A stretch of DNA of 59,655 bases, the filler included, from Sphacelaria rigidula (lineage: Eukaryota), in the NCBI GenBank assembly GCA_964200075.2. It is 6 parts of 6 records of this genome, joined end to end, with 100 filler letters (N's around TTAATTAATTAA, not from the genome) between each part and the next. Parts side by side here need not be neighbours in the genome. Positions count along the whole stretch, not along the records: positions 1 to 9,860 come from CAXNAA020007613.1; positions 9,961 to 19,819 come from CAXNAA020007614.1; 4 more parts are not named here. One strand, given 5' to 3'. How positions within the stretch are numbered: the stretch's first letter is position 1; each line of letters opens with the position of its first letter. Shown here piece after piece: positions 1 through 12,701 of the stretch. The notes beneath the pieces are model-generated. The model saw nothing but the letters and a program-made list of their open reading frames with translations. It had not been told where the DNA came from and did not search any database. The translations under genes and the position numbers were made by a program.

Positions 1-325
1 CACTTGTCTGGACTGCGTGTACCTGGGTTGCAACGCTGAAATAAAGTCTAGGGATTGATTCGTCACGAGTCTGTCAGGGAAAAAGTATGTATGAATGCAA
101 GCAATTAGACACAGATTCACCTTTGTTGACGATTGTAGCAACTAGTCTCAGTCTGGGCAGTAACAGCAGTAGCAGTACAGGTGCAACCAAGAGAAGGATC
201 TGACTAGTACACGGGTTGCTGTATCTCCGTAGAACTTGCTGTAAGTATGCTGAATTCTCCTGGAAACACTTCCAGAACGTTCTTCGTAGATCTAGATGAT
301 TCTGGATTCTGTGTATATGGGGAAG

Positions 326-678
326 TGTTGGAATGTTCAATGTCAGTCATTGGTAACGACTACTATCTATCGTAAGTTATCGTGAACAAGTAAGAAATCA
401 TTTGAGTGTTCCAGAAATAGTCTGCGGTATATTCTGCGGTACATTATGTTTCCAGAACAAGTTGTCGGGGAATTAATCGGGAGTTATCGGCTGTAATATC
501 CCGCGAGTGTTCTAGACGTGTGGAAGTTCTGGACGTTCATTAGCTGATCGGTAGGCTCGCACACTTGGTGCTCGCTCACCTGATCACTCCTCCACTACTA
601 CTTCTCTTCTTCATCACCATGAGCGGAAACTTGACTTCGGGAGTCAGTCAACAATAAACATATTCATTTCTTCAGTCA
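326..678 (+). mobile_element. Copia-type LTR (probable 3' LTR) preceded by a polypurine tract
   Basis: ATGGGGAAG lies immediately before TGTTGGAA at 326. An inverted homologous copy is at about 21461-21820. The right boundary is approximate (CAACA at 653 or AGTCA at 678). Confidence 0.7.
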
Positions 679-1009
679 AATTCTCTGATGGATCAAACCG
701 TGGCCCGAGTGTAATTCACCGCGGTAGGCTACTCAGTCTACAAAGCACACGCAGCACAGCACCGCTACAGCTGCAGGACGCTTTACACTCTCAGAGTCGA
801 CTCATCATACTAAAACCAAGTGATTTCCAGATGAATCGTCATGTGTCCGACACTTGAAAACTGTGTACTACTACACGCAACGAGAAACCGCCGCTCGTCC
901 CCCTTTAAAATTCTTCTACATATACCGGGATAAGGTCACTGGTAGATTCTCATTAACCGAGCTATTCGAGACAGAAAAATAAGTCCCATTGAAAGAGTCT
1001 GACGTATTA

Positions 1010-2072
1010 GAGAGTTTCGGAAATCGTTTTTTCAAATCTTAGAGTCAGAGCGGAAGTAAAAATAGCCGGTAACGGTGCACTTTCCGCTATGAAGTATTTT
1101 TTAGAGCGAATTATTCAGAGTCAGAGTGCCGTTTGCACGACGTCACTCTGAAAACTGTTGTTCCTCTTCAGAGCTCATAGCGGAGTGGAAAAGAACCACG
1201 CCCACCTTCACCACCATGTTCACGTCCAGTCCAAAGTGCGACATTCATCATCCACCAAAACTGTCATACTCGTCACAATATGCCATTCACGAAGTAGAAA
1301 AGCTTGGCATCGCAATCAGGAGACCTCCCTGACGCCGCCATGGTATCAGCATTCGCTTGGTTGTGTTGCGTGAAAATTCAAATGCTCGGCGGGTACACGT
1401 TGCCTTGGGTGCAGTTCCCCACTCTTGCCACCTTCGGCTGGAAGAAGATGGTGGGGACGATTCGTAGTGTACGCAGCGCACAAGCAGTACTACACCTGGC
1501 TGTATTCCTATCCCGTACGAGAATATGATACCGTATTCGGTGGGATGTGGAAAAATCATCGCAATGCGGCCGAGGTCTGCTGTTTGAAAGTGCTGGGCAC
1601 CGTACTGTCTGCACTACTGTTTGTACAACTGACTCTCTGTACGGTATTGCTAAACAGTAGTTCACTGCATCGCAATGCACTGACAGTTGTAGTATTATGT
1701 ATTGCACTTTCTGTATCGCACTGTACTCCACGCTGCATAGCACAACAACACTACAACGTCCTGTGGTGCTCCGTAGTGGAATGAGGTACTGCAGGTGCAG
1801 TGAAAAAGCGTAGTGTGCGGTGCGTAGGATGCCGCAGTGTACGGTACAGTCAGTGTTGTGCCGGCCTAAGGCCGACGCACTTTCAAACTGGACCTTGGTC
1901 GATCGTACATTCGGCGGGGCACCCTGTGGCGGATCAATGCGACAAAAAAATACCACGTCGAGCCACGTCACATCAGCTTCCGCTATGAACTTTTTAACGT
2001 CCGCTGTGAAGTTTCGAAGCTTCCACTCTGCACTCTGACTCCATGATAAAAAAAACATCTCTCGAAACTCTC
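1010..2072. mobile_element. ~1.06-kb non-autonomous DNA transposon (MITE-like) with imperfect TIRs
   Basis: The left end GAGAGTTTCG...GAGTCAGAG mirrors the right end CTCTGACTC...CGAAACTCTC. A second copy is at 20546-21963. Confidence 0.8.
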
Positions 2073-3175
2073 CATGTGTTGTCATCGCTGTTTGCCGACT
2101 TCACAAATCCCCGCGTTCCGCTCTAGCCCGCGAAGACGGCGCCAGATCTTGTTCCTGCTCTCACTTCACATCCCCCCCACACAACGCCATTTACTATCTC
2201 GCCCCCTCCTTTGCTCCGTCAACCGGCTCAACGCCGGCCGCGCGCAGTATTTCCGGAGTCCTCTGCCCAGAACCCATCACCTGAATCATTCCAACGAAAG
2301 GGTGTGGTATCAAAACACTGGTTTCAGCACACTGTTTGCCCCGAGCATGATGCTCAAGCACCCCGGATATAGCTTGGAAAAGACTCTAGCCTTCCTAGCA
2401 ACGTGACACTGTGACTTTGATGCGACAATAGTGCTACAGGGGAAGAGAAATAACAATCCGCAATCCCAAAGTATAACAATTACAAGCCTCGAGAAATTCG
2501 TTTTAGATAGCTTGGCAGATAAAACTCCACCTTCGAGCTTGATCTGGTGTTGAAACGTCAGCCGCTGCCCTGGATCTAGCACGACTTTACCGGCATTGCT
2601 CCCTGCTCCGGGGAGTGTCACGTGACTGACGGCGACTCGAAAAAAAAACCCAGCGAAGTCGAATAACCTCCAATAGCTTCTCAGACCATCTTTTATGGCA
2701 ACGAATCTCGACTTTTTCGAGACCTCGATTCGAAACCGGGGGGACTCAAATTTGCGAACTCAAAATCGGGGCGACCGTTTTATTGTATCACAGATTTGTG
2801 AAACAGTTCTGTCAACAGACGGCCATTTTCTAAATGAATGTGGTATCGCGTACTGGTGCATAAAGCCGAAGAGCAGGCAGAAGAAGGGCGGAACAGTAAT
2901 TCACACAAAACGGCCATGGCTGTCACTGCATCGGAAATATTTCACCACTCATTACTTTCACTTGAAAAGTACCAAACCCCCAGCCAGCAACTAATCACTA
3001 CTATGTTCACTGTAGACTCATGTTACACTGTCTACTATAGATTTATGTTTTTGTCTCCGGTGTACTAATAATCCTGCACAAAACTGCCCACCGCTTTCAT
3101 TGCTTGCACGGGCGTCAATTTCACTCGAAAGTGTGTGATCCAGATGGACTACCCGCATCGCGGTGTAAGGAGTAG

Positions 3176-3276
3176 CCCTTTGACCGCGAAGGTAGGTCAC
3201 CTGCTGAATCGGCATCAATTTCACTTGAAAACAGTGTGCGTGATCCAGATGGACTACCCGCATCGCGGTCTAAGGG
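3176..3276. mobile_element. ~100-bp piggyBac-like MITE; decayed right-end copies at about 3115-3170 and 4088-4135
   Basis: TIR CCCTTTGACCGCGA / TCGCGGTCTAAGGG, followed by TTAA on the right side. Confidence 0.6.
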
Positions 3277-3304
3277 TTAATTACATACACCGACACTGCC
3301 GGTC

Positions 3305-3430
3305 GCCCCGGTGGCTCAGTTGGTAACCTCGAAACCCTCTGACGATCGGGTCGTGGGTTCAAATCTTCGAGCGCGACCTTGGATTTTTCTCACACAAAAT
3401 CCAACAGTGGAGAGCAACTATGTCGTGGGT
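3305..3430 (+). mobile_element. tRNA-derived SINE head
   Basis: A box TGGCTCAGTTGG and B box GGTTCAAATC; no acceptor-stem closure; body shared with the copy at 4154. Confidence 0.7.
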
Positions 3431-3445
3431 ACCCAAACCCGACTG

Positions 3446-3656
3446 GATGGTCGACGACGGAAAGGGACTGCTGAACCCCTCTTACGATAAAAAATAAAGG
3501 GAAGCACCGCAGTAGGAAGGTGGAGAAAGAAAAACAAACCAAAAAGAGAAAAAACGCCTGTGTTGACCTTCCTATGTGACCCCGGTTGGTGCGCCCACAT
3601 ATACCGAAAGGTGCAGACTGGCGTCCAGAAGATATGGGACAACACACACACTGACT
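3446..3656. repeat. Dispersed ~210-bp repeat (SINE/LINE-tail like); copies at about 12300-12520 (+) and 18290-18497 (-)
   Basis: The motifs AAAGGGACTGCTGAACC, AAGCACCGCAGxAGGAAGGTGGAGAA and TGACCCC...GCCCACAT are shared at three loci. Confidence 0.85.
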
Positions 3657-3959
3657 AGACAGACTACACATGCCGTCAATCCAGCTCGTGGTGATTCGTC
3701 TCTGCGTGTTTGCTCTCACCGTACTGCTTCGCTCTATACTCCCTCGCAACACGCTCCCGGACGACGCAATTTCCTTTTCGGCATCGATGATGTTGGCCAA
3801 ACACCAAGGTTCGATTTTGATTTCACAGGCCATTTCTTTCTCTGCTTTGCTTGTGTTGAATTTTCATTACTTTTTTTTGTCACGACCCCTCTTTCTTTTC
3901 TTTTCTTCATGTTCCTATTTTTCCAGTTCCTTTTTTTTTCCTTCCTTATAGCGTGTTTG

Positions 3960-4060
3960 AATTTCTTTTTTCTCGGGTACGTCTACCATGAGACCACGGC
4001 TGGACCCCTGAGGGGTCAGTCAAAGTGCGACAATCAATCAATCAATCAATCAGTCAATCA
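3960..4060 (+). mobile_element. Retroposon 3' end with (AATC)n tail; inverted copies at about 52361-52540 and 37925-38090
   Basis: AAAGTGCGAC followed by an AATC/AACC microsatellite tail at all three loci. Confidence 0.7.
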
Positions 4061-4153
4061 GTACGTATACTTTCATGCGTTGTGTCAAAAGTATGCGTGA
4101 CCCAGATGGACTACCCGCATCACGGTGTAATGGTTATTCATGGATACAGCCTC

Positions 4154-4280
4154 GCCCCGGTGGCTCAGTCGGTAAACTCGAAACCTTCTCACGGTTGGGG
4201 TCGTGGGTTCGAATCTTGGAGCGGTCTGGGATTTTTTCTTACACAACGCCCAACAGTGGAGAGCGAATATGTCGTGGGGG
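4154..4280 (+). mobile_element. tRNA-derived SINE head (second copy)
   Basis: GCCCCGGTGGCTCAGTCGG...GGTTCGAATC; downstream sequence homologous to 3305-3430. Confidence 0.7.
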
Positions 4281-4831
4281 GTAGAATTAGGTATATCTCC
4301 ACCTTGATTTCTCAAGCGAAGGAGAAAACTCCGATGCGGAATTGACGCTGGCGGGTGCAGCACTCACTTACAGCACGGGTGACCGCGCCACTCATGGTGT
4401 AGAGTTGCGCGTAACCCTAAGCGTACTGCTTCTCTGCTGTGCTGTGCGGCGTGCGGTCTGTTGTGTGCTGCTACTGCCATGTGTGGACAATACTGTGTGG
4501 ATCTGCTTTAGTCGTGTATCGTCGACTTGAGTAGGTCCATTATTTGCTCCCGCACGCCACAGGCAAAAATATGACATTACACAACGAAATGCCTTATTTT
4601 TCTTCGTAAATACAACATACCAACCTTTCCTTGATGGTGTGCAACCCTAATCTGGACAAAAATGTTTCTCGATCAGACTGAATACTGGTCGTTCTTGGGG
4701 CAATCAATTTTCAAAAGTGATTTTTATCCATCATCGGTGTGTTGTAGCAAACGTGCGGAGCAGGAAAGATCCAATGCCGTTGATACCTGCAGCACTGCTG
4801 CCACGCGCGTCAGCCGTGGCTCACCACTAGT

Positions 4832-4874
4832 TATTATCATTATTATTATTATTATTATTACTATTATTATTATT
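4832..4874. repeat. (TTA)n microsatellite
   Basis: Visible directly. Confidence 0.95.
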
Positions 4875-4999
4875 TCCGCACATTAGTCCGATCTCGCGAA
4901 CAGATACGCCGCGAACACCGGTGAGAAGTAGCTCCCCCAAGTTCAACGGGGAAAGAAAAGGAAGAAAAACAAACAAACAAACAACAAACGCCAGATCTA

Positions 5000-6420
5000 T
5001 GTGGTATCGTAGGGTAATACAGTGCAGGACACTCCATCATTCCAGTACATGATAATGCCGTGTGGTAATAGATGATGGCACAGTAGGTGTTGCGAGAAGA
5101 GTTCAGCAGTGCAGTGCCGTACATCACCTCTCGAGTACAGCGACAACATACTACTAATAGGATACTGTAGTACAGTACCGTTCGTCATGGTGACACATAT
5201 GCTAGCGCAGTGCAGCATGAAATATTGCCATCGCCGCATAATACAGTGTCAACACTTATTATTCGCTCGTCAAACCCCATGCCAAGCTGCTTCAGTAGCT
5301 GGCGCGGGCAGGCACCGCCTGCCTTGTCACAAGACTGTCTTTTACTGCGGTTGCGAAAATATCAAACGCCTCGTGCCCTACCATTGCACGCAAGTGCACG
5401 TACGTCACCTCCTCAAAATCGGAGGGACATCAGACCATTTTTAATAGCGGTCTCAGAAGCGGATCTGTACGCAGATCGGGGGAACTAAAATCGGGGAACG
5501 CCTTTTATGGAGCCCAATTTGGCCCAAATCGGAAATGCTCAGATCCGTATGTCACGATTTGAGAACGTTTTTTTCCCGAATCCGAGCGCAGATTGGGGAA
5601 AAATCGACGTCCCCCGAATCTGTAGGAAGTGACGTACGTACATTGACGTACGGTGATAGAGCAGCAAGCGTTTGCTATTCCTGCGACCGCAGCAGCAGAC
5701 AATCTCGTGACAGCGCAGGCCGTGTCTGCCTGCTCCAGCTGCTGCAGTAGCGTCGCACGGAGTTTGGCGAGCGGATAAGAAGTGTTGGCGCCGTACCCTG
5801 CGGCGATAGCAATATTTCATGCTGCTCTGCGCTGCTGTATGTATGATCATAACGAACGGTACTGTACTATCCTACACTCTGCTGTCGCTGTACCTGCAGG
5901 GTGATGAATGGCACTGCATTCGTAAGCCCATACTGTGCACTGTTCTCGCAAATACCGACTGTACCTCCATGGATAACCATACGGCATTATCGTGTACTGG
6001 GATCGTGGAGTGTACTGCACTACATTATACCCTAGGGTACGACGAACGTACGACGCTGCTCTTGAAGGATGATTCGCTGCCTGCCCGTTCTTCGGCTTCA
6101 CCGTGATACCACACCCCGGCAGAAAATGACCCTCCCTCTACAAGACAATTTCAAAATATATGTGAAGCGATAATGTGGTACACATGGATCTGACTTTCGC
6201 GAATCTGAGTTCCCCCGATGTGGCACAGATTTCGGTCCCGCCAGATTCGGAATTGGTTCCCCTAAAAAATGATCTCAGCTTTCCCCCGATTTTTCGAAAA
6301 ATGGGGGGAAATCGTTTTGAGATCGTGACAATCCGATTTTTTCTCCCCCGATCTGGTCCAAGTTGGGGTCCATGAATATGCGTTCCCCGATTTTTTCTCC
6401 CCAATGCTCGAAAAAATCGT
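5000..6420. mobile_element. Foldback/MITE complex: element of about 5470-6420 with long TIRs, plus an adjacent inverted partial copy at about 5000-5435
   Basis: 5487-5580 is an inverted homolog of about 6300-6400. 5000-5435 is an inverted homolog of about 5605-6045. AATCGGGG subrepeats are present. Confidence 0.7.
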
Positions 6421-7469
6421 GATTGGTGACTTTCATTAAAGATGGTCTCATGTGCTGCCTCGCCACAAGCACCGCAAGCGCGCGAAGCCAAGTTGATGCC
6501 ACACAATGTATCGGAGCTGAAAGCGACTGCAGTATTTCGCTATGTTCTTGCTGCTGCTGGAAGTGTATGTGCAAGGTGGCAGCGCCTATCCGCCTGAAAT
6601 AGGGGGTGTTATCCCCGCCATCACTTTTACGGGTGCTATATATTGCAGGAGCTGGTATCCCCGGCAGCGCGCGATGAAGTGCACTATGCTGCCCTCGCCG
6701 AAATCTGTAACATAAGCGGTGCTTACGCTCACAAGAGCACAGGTGCTGTGCTCGAGACTCTGATATCACAAATGCATCTCATGGAAGAGAAACAAAAAAA
6801 AAACACCACACTGCATTTTTGTACAGCAAATGATACGCATGCAGAATCAGGTGCTGAGCCCTGTGAGCCGTGTGCTGTACTGTACCATACTTGATTGTAC
6901 GATCCCACCCCTTTCCCTTGTTCCCCTCCACGATACGGTCGTTAACGGGAATGAGGCGAATTTTCGCGCACAGTGCAATTTGTTTGCGTTAGTCAAAGAA
7001 TATGTCAACACATCGACCTAAACGTATACTGTACAGAACAGTACGATGCATGAATTGACTGCAGAACAGGAGCATTGCACTGAACTGTTGCTCTCATGAT
7101 ATTCATGCAGAATTACGTGCTGACTAGCTGTGCCCTGTGAGCTGCTGTACGGTGTTTTTCTGTTTTGTACGGTGTCGCCCCATCCCCCATTGTCCTCCGC
7201 GATAGACTTGTCCACAGGATGGAGTTCAGTTCTTTCATCAAATCGCGTCGGTGTTGGTAGACAAACTTGCTTGCTTATCAACTCACAGCATACCCATCCA
7301 CGTGCAGACCGTACAGTTATGTACAGTAAATGTACGACGGCTGCATTATCCGCGCTGCTGTTCTCTCTGCGACCAGGACCACGACAGTTTTTGAGAAAAC
7401 ATTCTATGGGCCGATAGGAACACGTGAAAACACTTGGATACAGAACCAAATAATAGCGATAAGGAAGGG

Positions 7470-7470
<1 letters not shown>

Positions 7471-7510
<40 letters not shown>

Positions 7511-7525
7511 GCAAGCAAGCAAGCA
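7471..7525. repeat. (GCAA)n microsatellite
   Basis: Visible directly. Confidence 0.95.
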
Positions 7526-8248
7526 GAATCGGGGTTTTGCACCAGAAACTCGTAGCAAGCTACTGGACTATTATAGCAGTGTTGTGCGCCATCAAGTCTG
7601 CCCTCGCCCCGGCGGATGCTGACTTATTGAGCGTGACGAAAAAAACGGGCAATGTGGGACGTAGTGTGTACGTTTCACTACCCGCCTACGTGCTAGGTGC
7701 GTTTATTGTCATTAACCAGCTCACATGCAGCCATTATTTAGCTGTGACTGCCGACAATTTCGCTGTGCAATCTGTAGTGTAGGTAATTCCTTGACCAATG
7801 GTCGGTTCCACGCTTTTCGGAGTCAATGTCTCGCCTCCGCCCAATTCTTGAATGTCGGGACAAATAGCACCGACTGGACAATGGTGTAAACGTCAAATCC
7901 GAAGTGCCTGTCTCTTTTCTTCGTTTTTTATTCCAGTGGAAAAGCGGTTGTTGAAAAATCGCACCGCCAATTCGGGAAATTGAAGGCATTCAATAAAAAA
8001 ATGCAACCCGGAAATCGAATCTACGCTGCTGTATCGAACTAGGGGGGGGGTAGAAGCAATTGCGGCCGAATCTGGCGGATGCAGTCGGGGCAAACGCCAA
8101 GCGAAGGTTTTGTCACATCGACCGATGGGTCCTGACCAATTCATTTGAACTTGGAACAACCTGCGGGCTCATGTTACCCCGCTTTTATGCCGGCTGTTTC
8201 AGTACATTCAAGACTTCAAGAGTCGACAAATGACTGCATGGCACGTAC

Positions 8249-8712
8249 GACAGTCCATGATGTGTCATGTCGCGATTGGGCCCATGGTCTTTCATAGACA
8301 GGATTGTAGCCGTTCCGGGGGGTGGTATCCACCGTTGTTCTGCGGCTAACGAACGCTATTGCTCCTGACTATCCCAGGGGTACAAATTGAGAGTGTTCAC
8401 TTTTTGACAACACCTCTCATGCCTTCACACGCATCATATAGTCCGCCCGTAAACGGTCAATACTCCAAATAACACCCCATATATGAAGGTGTTTGGGGGG
8501 ATAGGTGGTCTCGAATCAGCGAGCAGGATGCATACGTTCCAGTTACCGCTCACGTAATCAGCAGCATCCCCATCCGTATTTGACGAGCCCTGACGTAGAT
8601 CGGATCCCAGCGCGTAGTTAGGGACGGGATGGAACACTATCTTCCCCTGGGTGTCTGCAGCCTCGTTAAGAAAAACAATGGGAGATGCTACTTCGGGGAG
8701 GTGGTGGGCTTT
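8249..8712 (-). CDS. Possible internal exons of an unknown gene (8712-8554, 8368-8249)
   Basis: Two AG/GT-bounded, phase-compatible open segments (KAHHLPEVASPIVFLNEAADTQGKIVFHPVPNY...DY / SGAIAFVSRR...). No family recognised. Confidence 0.3.
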
Positions 8713-8859
8713 CTATAGATACCTGTCACGTGTTCAGATTCATTGCTGAACGGCCGCAAATGACTTCAACGTAGGATAACATCCTTTTTACGCTGAGATT
8801 GCTCGAGGAGGCGATGCGATGATTTTCTCCCCGCGGAGGAGGGGATGGGGGGGGGGGAG

Positions 8860-9860
8860 GGCAGCGTGCTCATTTTTTCCTTGCCTTAGTCGATTCACCA
8901 TTGACCACGCATCCTTTTCGAGACGGAGCATCGTTCATGCTCCTAATAGAGACACCTTCAACATTCCGGCGCTCATTATGTTTCTTCCATACATTACACA
9001 AAAGCCTTTTACCTATCTTATCCCCGTCCTGTTTCGCCGTCTGTGGCCACCATCTGTCTCCTAATGTAGCCATCGTTTTCTCCCTACTGTTTAATGCATC
9101 AAACGAGTTCATGACATCATTGTTCACGTCCCGCATATCCCCCTTTAGCACGTCCCGTTCCTCCTCGTATAGTTCACATTCTGCCACTATATGACTTCTG
9201 CTCTCTATTGCTTTGCCACAGATCAATTCTGTCCATCTTCTTCCTCTTCCTTTCGACGACTGGTATATCTCTTTCTTCTGTCTGGCAGGTCCAGGTCCCC
9301 ACCAGAGATCGCAGTTTGAGATTTTTCGCCGTGTCCATCGGGCCATGCAAATATGCTGTCATTCCTATCTCCTCTCTCAACCACCCGTATATCTCCAGGT
9401 GTTCCTCCTCGTCTACCTTTCGCCTTAGCGCTTCTTTTGCCCTTACTTCGATCGTATCTCTTACTTTTGTCTCGTACCCCGCGCCTTCATCTATGGGCAG
9501 AATTACGTCTTGGTTTCCTCCTTTCTCCTTTCATACTTTCTCGACTTCTCTCTACCCCACCTTATTCCAGCCTTCCCTATCGTACTTTTCTTCCATACAG
9601 CCTCATCAACTATAGCTGGCAATATCTTTCTCTGCATGTTTTTTACACTATGTTGACATCGCAACTTTCTCGTGTCTCCGTTCGTTTTAAGTGAGTAAAT
9701 TACCAACTCTGCTCTCAATACTGTATTACTCGTCGTTTTCGAGCATCCAAGTATATTTCTTAGCTGCTGCCATCAGTACTATTTCCGACCTCTCCACCAA
9801 CTTCGCGTTCCCCTCCCATCCTTCTCCTGCATATTCCAGCTTCGGTTCGATCACGTTCAT
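8860..9860 (-). mobile_element. LINE ORF2 C-terminal fragment, frameshifted and truncated by the contig end
   Basis: YLHGPMD..KLR and CGKAIESRSHIVAECELYEEERDVL...LGDRWWPQ resemble the Cys/His C-terminal region of LINE ORF2. Confidence 0.75.
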
Positions 9861-9960
9861 NNNNNNNNNNNNNNNNNNNNNNNNNNNNNNNNNNNNNNNN
9901 NNNNTTAATTAATTAANNNNNNNNNNNNNNNNNNNNNNNNNNNNNNNNNNNNNNNNNNNN
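9861..9960. other. Artificial contig linker (N-run, TTAATTAATTAA, N-run); identical linkers at 19820-19919, 29779-29878, 39738-39837, 49697-49796
   Basis: Five 100-bp spacers with the same stop-in-all-frames core. The intervening segments are all 9859-9860 bp. Confidence 0.97.
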
Positions 9961-9996
9961 CAGCACTTGAAGGCTCGTGTTCGTTCAGTTCTTTAC

Positions 9997-11121
9997 CATT
10001 GCTCGACAGGTTTATTGATCACTAAAACCTGGAGAAAAGATCAGCCCATCTCCAGTTCTGTTGTTGGTACATTCCAAGTCCAATGTTCCCCGCTCCGACT
10101 CGCTCTGATATTCCGACTGCATGCCAAAATGGTCGAAGTGGCCGCACGGATCGACAACTCACCCGCCACGAAGACGTGTCGCTGCGGAAGCCGAGGAGCG
10201 CTTCGTATTCAAAGTGGCCGCCTTTTGACGTGCGCATGAGCTGCGGATACCAAGAGAAACAAAGCTGGGTGACGCCTGTGCGTTCTCTCCATCTTGCTTG
10301 TGTTCGTGCGGCTGCTGTTGCTGCTTGACCTCTTGGACAATAAAGCCAGCGTTAACTTTACTCTGCTTGAGTCCTCTGTGTGAACCTGTTTTCCAAGTGT
10401 TGCACCAACACAGCAAATTCGGCGCAGGCAGTAGGTGTCACAATAACCGGGATCGCAACATGGCGTTTCATGGAGACGAATGTTGATCTTCTCACGTCAG
10501 AATCTGCCATGCACGAGCAAATAACGAGATAAAGACGGGGCAGTTGCGTGCGTCGGCAGGAAGGGTTGAACGTTTCGAGAAAACGATCGATGTGTCTCCG
10601 GATTTTGGAAAAAAAATGATTTTGTGGAAGCTAGTCCAGAAGCATTTATTTTAAGCAGAAGTCAGACAATTATGAAAGCATCTCTGTCCTTTCTCCAGTT
10701 TCCATCAATCAAGTTTCCGTGGGCTCATAACACGAACAGTATATACGGACAATTGATTGTTGAACTCTTGGAAGATACATACCGACCGAGCCATGACCAC
10801 GACCGACTGGCGGGTGAGACGTTCGTGCGAGGGCGATAAAGAGAAGAAGGGTTGGGGGGAAAGGGGGTGGTAAAACGTTCATCTGTTGACTGATTCAGCT
10901 TCTCATTTTAGGGTCCTGTGATTTCACATCCATCTCAGAAGCGCATCAAATAATAAGCACAACGCAAACCATGAAATGCCAAGCAGGCAGACTCGAGACT
11001 TGTATATCTTCCTACCGCGGGCTCCGGCGGCTGGTCTGGCCAGAATCGACGTGCTCCCTCCGCACGCCGAGAGTGACGCCAGAAGGGTCAGCATTAGAGC
11101 AGCAGCTAGACTCCGAACCAT
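9997..11121 (-). CDS. 5' part of an unknown, probably secreted protein; exons 11121-11016, 10385-10330, 10240-10163, 10028-9997
   Basis: ATG followed by a signal-peptide-like stretch (MVRSLAAALMLTLLASLSACGG). Four GT-AG exons splice in consistent phase. The gene runs off the contig. Confidence 0.5.
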
Positions 11122-11571
11122 GATCGTTTCGTCTCAATTCTCGCCTCGTTGTCGTGGGGGTTTCAGTTTCACCAGCGCTAGCTGAAAATAACTTGATCGC
11201 CTCGACCTCCTGAAGAAATCCCAGCTGTCTCAGCCCGGTTCCGAGGTATTGCGCGTGTTTACTCACACGAGTAACGAAAGCTTTCCGGGCTTGGCTCTCG
11301 ACAATGCAGAACGTGGTGCGGGCTGCGGAACGGTTTGCCTTGTGAGATACCGCAATGGCAAGTAAACCAACTTCTGCTTTTGTATTGAATACGGGAACGA
11401 TGGTCAAGAATTGCCATTTTCCAAACGGCTAGGTTGAACTTCAGTTGAAACCGTCAAAACATGGAAAAAGTGTAAACGAGTGTATGTGTTTGTTTGTCTG
11501 TGTCGTTGAGTGATGACTGCAGATTTCACATGAAGCTGTGACTTCTTAACTTCGAACCTCGAATCAAGGTC

Positions 11572-12701
11572 ATGGTGCCCAGGTACACGGCGGGCGCGAC
11601 ATTTGTGCGACACTTGCGGACACAAAAAATCGTCGCTAGCCTTTACCCTTACCACGTTTCATAACTGTGGCTGGCCGTGCTATGAAGTTGACTGTTCTAC
11701 AACACTGCCGGCTATTTGCGATCCACGTATCCACATGCTACAGCAGTACAGTGGTCACTTAGTCTTTAGTTTTCTCGCGTGGCGGAGAGTTGGTGATTCC
11801 CAACACTCGACGCAAGGGCAGACTGATTGAGTTACCTAGCCTTGAACTTTCTTGCTTACGGCGACAAGTTCACGAGGAACTATAACACCGTGTATTTCCT
11901 CTGATTTTATTTTGTGATGTTACTAAGATACCACCTGTGGAACCTTCGTCAAAAGGTGATCATGTTACGGTGTTCCGAAGTTATTTTTCATTCGTTAATC
12001 ACTTGAGTTTGCGTCATCTTGGATAATGACGGGTCCTCCTTGGATGGGCAAACGATTAACCGTTTGGCCACGACGAGGTTGGTACTGCATCCTGTCATTA
12101 CTGCGTGTAAAGGATCAGCCAGATGCAAAAATTCAATCACAAAGTTGTGCATTGACATGCATGGACTCGCTTAGGCTGTTTGGTGGCCACGGAGTTCACC
12201 TGTTGACTCAAAACAGTCAATATGAGTCTATTTACGCCGATGAGGATTGCTCGTGACTTGATCTTGATTTCAATGAGCAACTGTACTGAATTACGAAACG
12301 ATGGACGAAGAAAAGGGACTGCTGAACCCCTCTCGAGATAAAGAATAAAAGCAAGCACCGCAGAAGGAAGGTGGAGAACTGAAAACAAATACAACAATAA
12401 AACTTCTGCGTTGACGTTCCTCCTGTGTGACCCCGGCTGATGAGCCCACATAGACGAGAAGATGTTGACCGGCGTCCAGAACAGATGGGATGACGGCACA
12501 TACACAACACACAGCACTGACTGTCCCTTCAGTGCAGATCCGAAGATCCTCCCTGTCGAGGCCTATACCGTGCCATTGTTTTTGCGCCCGCCGCCTACTG
12601 CCGCTCCTGACAGCCCCGAGGAACTCAGAGAAATTGTGGACGAGACACATCACAGTATGAGCCTCGGGCGCTCAAAGGATTTTGCGTATGATCTTCGTTG
12701 A
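11572..12701 (+). CDS. Possible short multi-exon gene of unknown function (approx. exons 11572-11583, 11929-11956, 12113-12252, 12533-12701)
   Basis: Phase-compatible GT-AG segments ending ...PEELREIVDETHHSMSLGRSKDFAYDLR*. No homology recognised. Confidence 0.2.

Noticed and set aside
1126..2085. Protein-coding ORFs inside the MITE, and most other short ORFs in the track
   Set aside because: The frames are not preserved between the two MITE copies; the others are antisense shadows or microsatellite translations.
3305..3380. Functional tRNA genes (also 4154 and 31905)
   Set aside because: A and B boxes are present, but there is no acceptor or anticodon stem pairing and the sequences continue into repeat bodies.
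8249..11121. A single gene joining the exons at 11121-9997 with those at 8712-8249
   Set aside because: It would span a synthetic linker between probably unrelated contigs.
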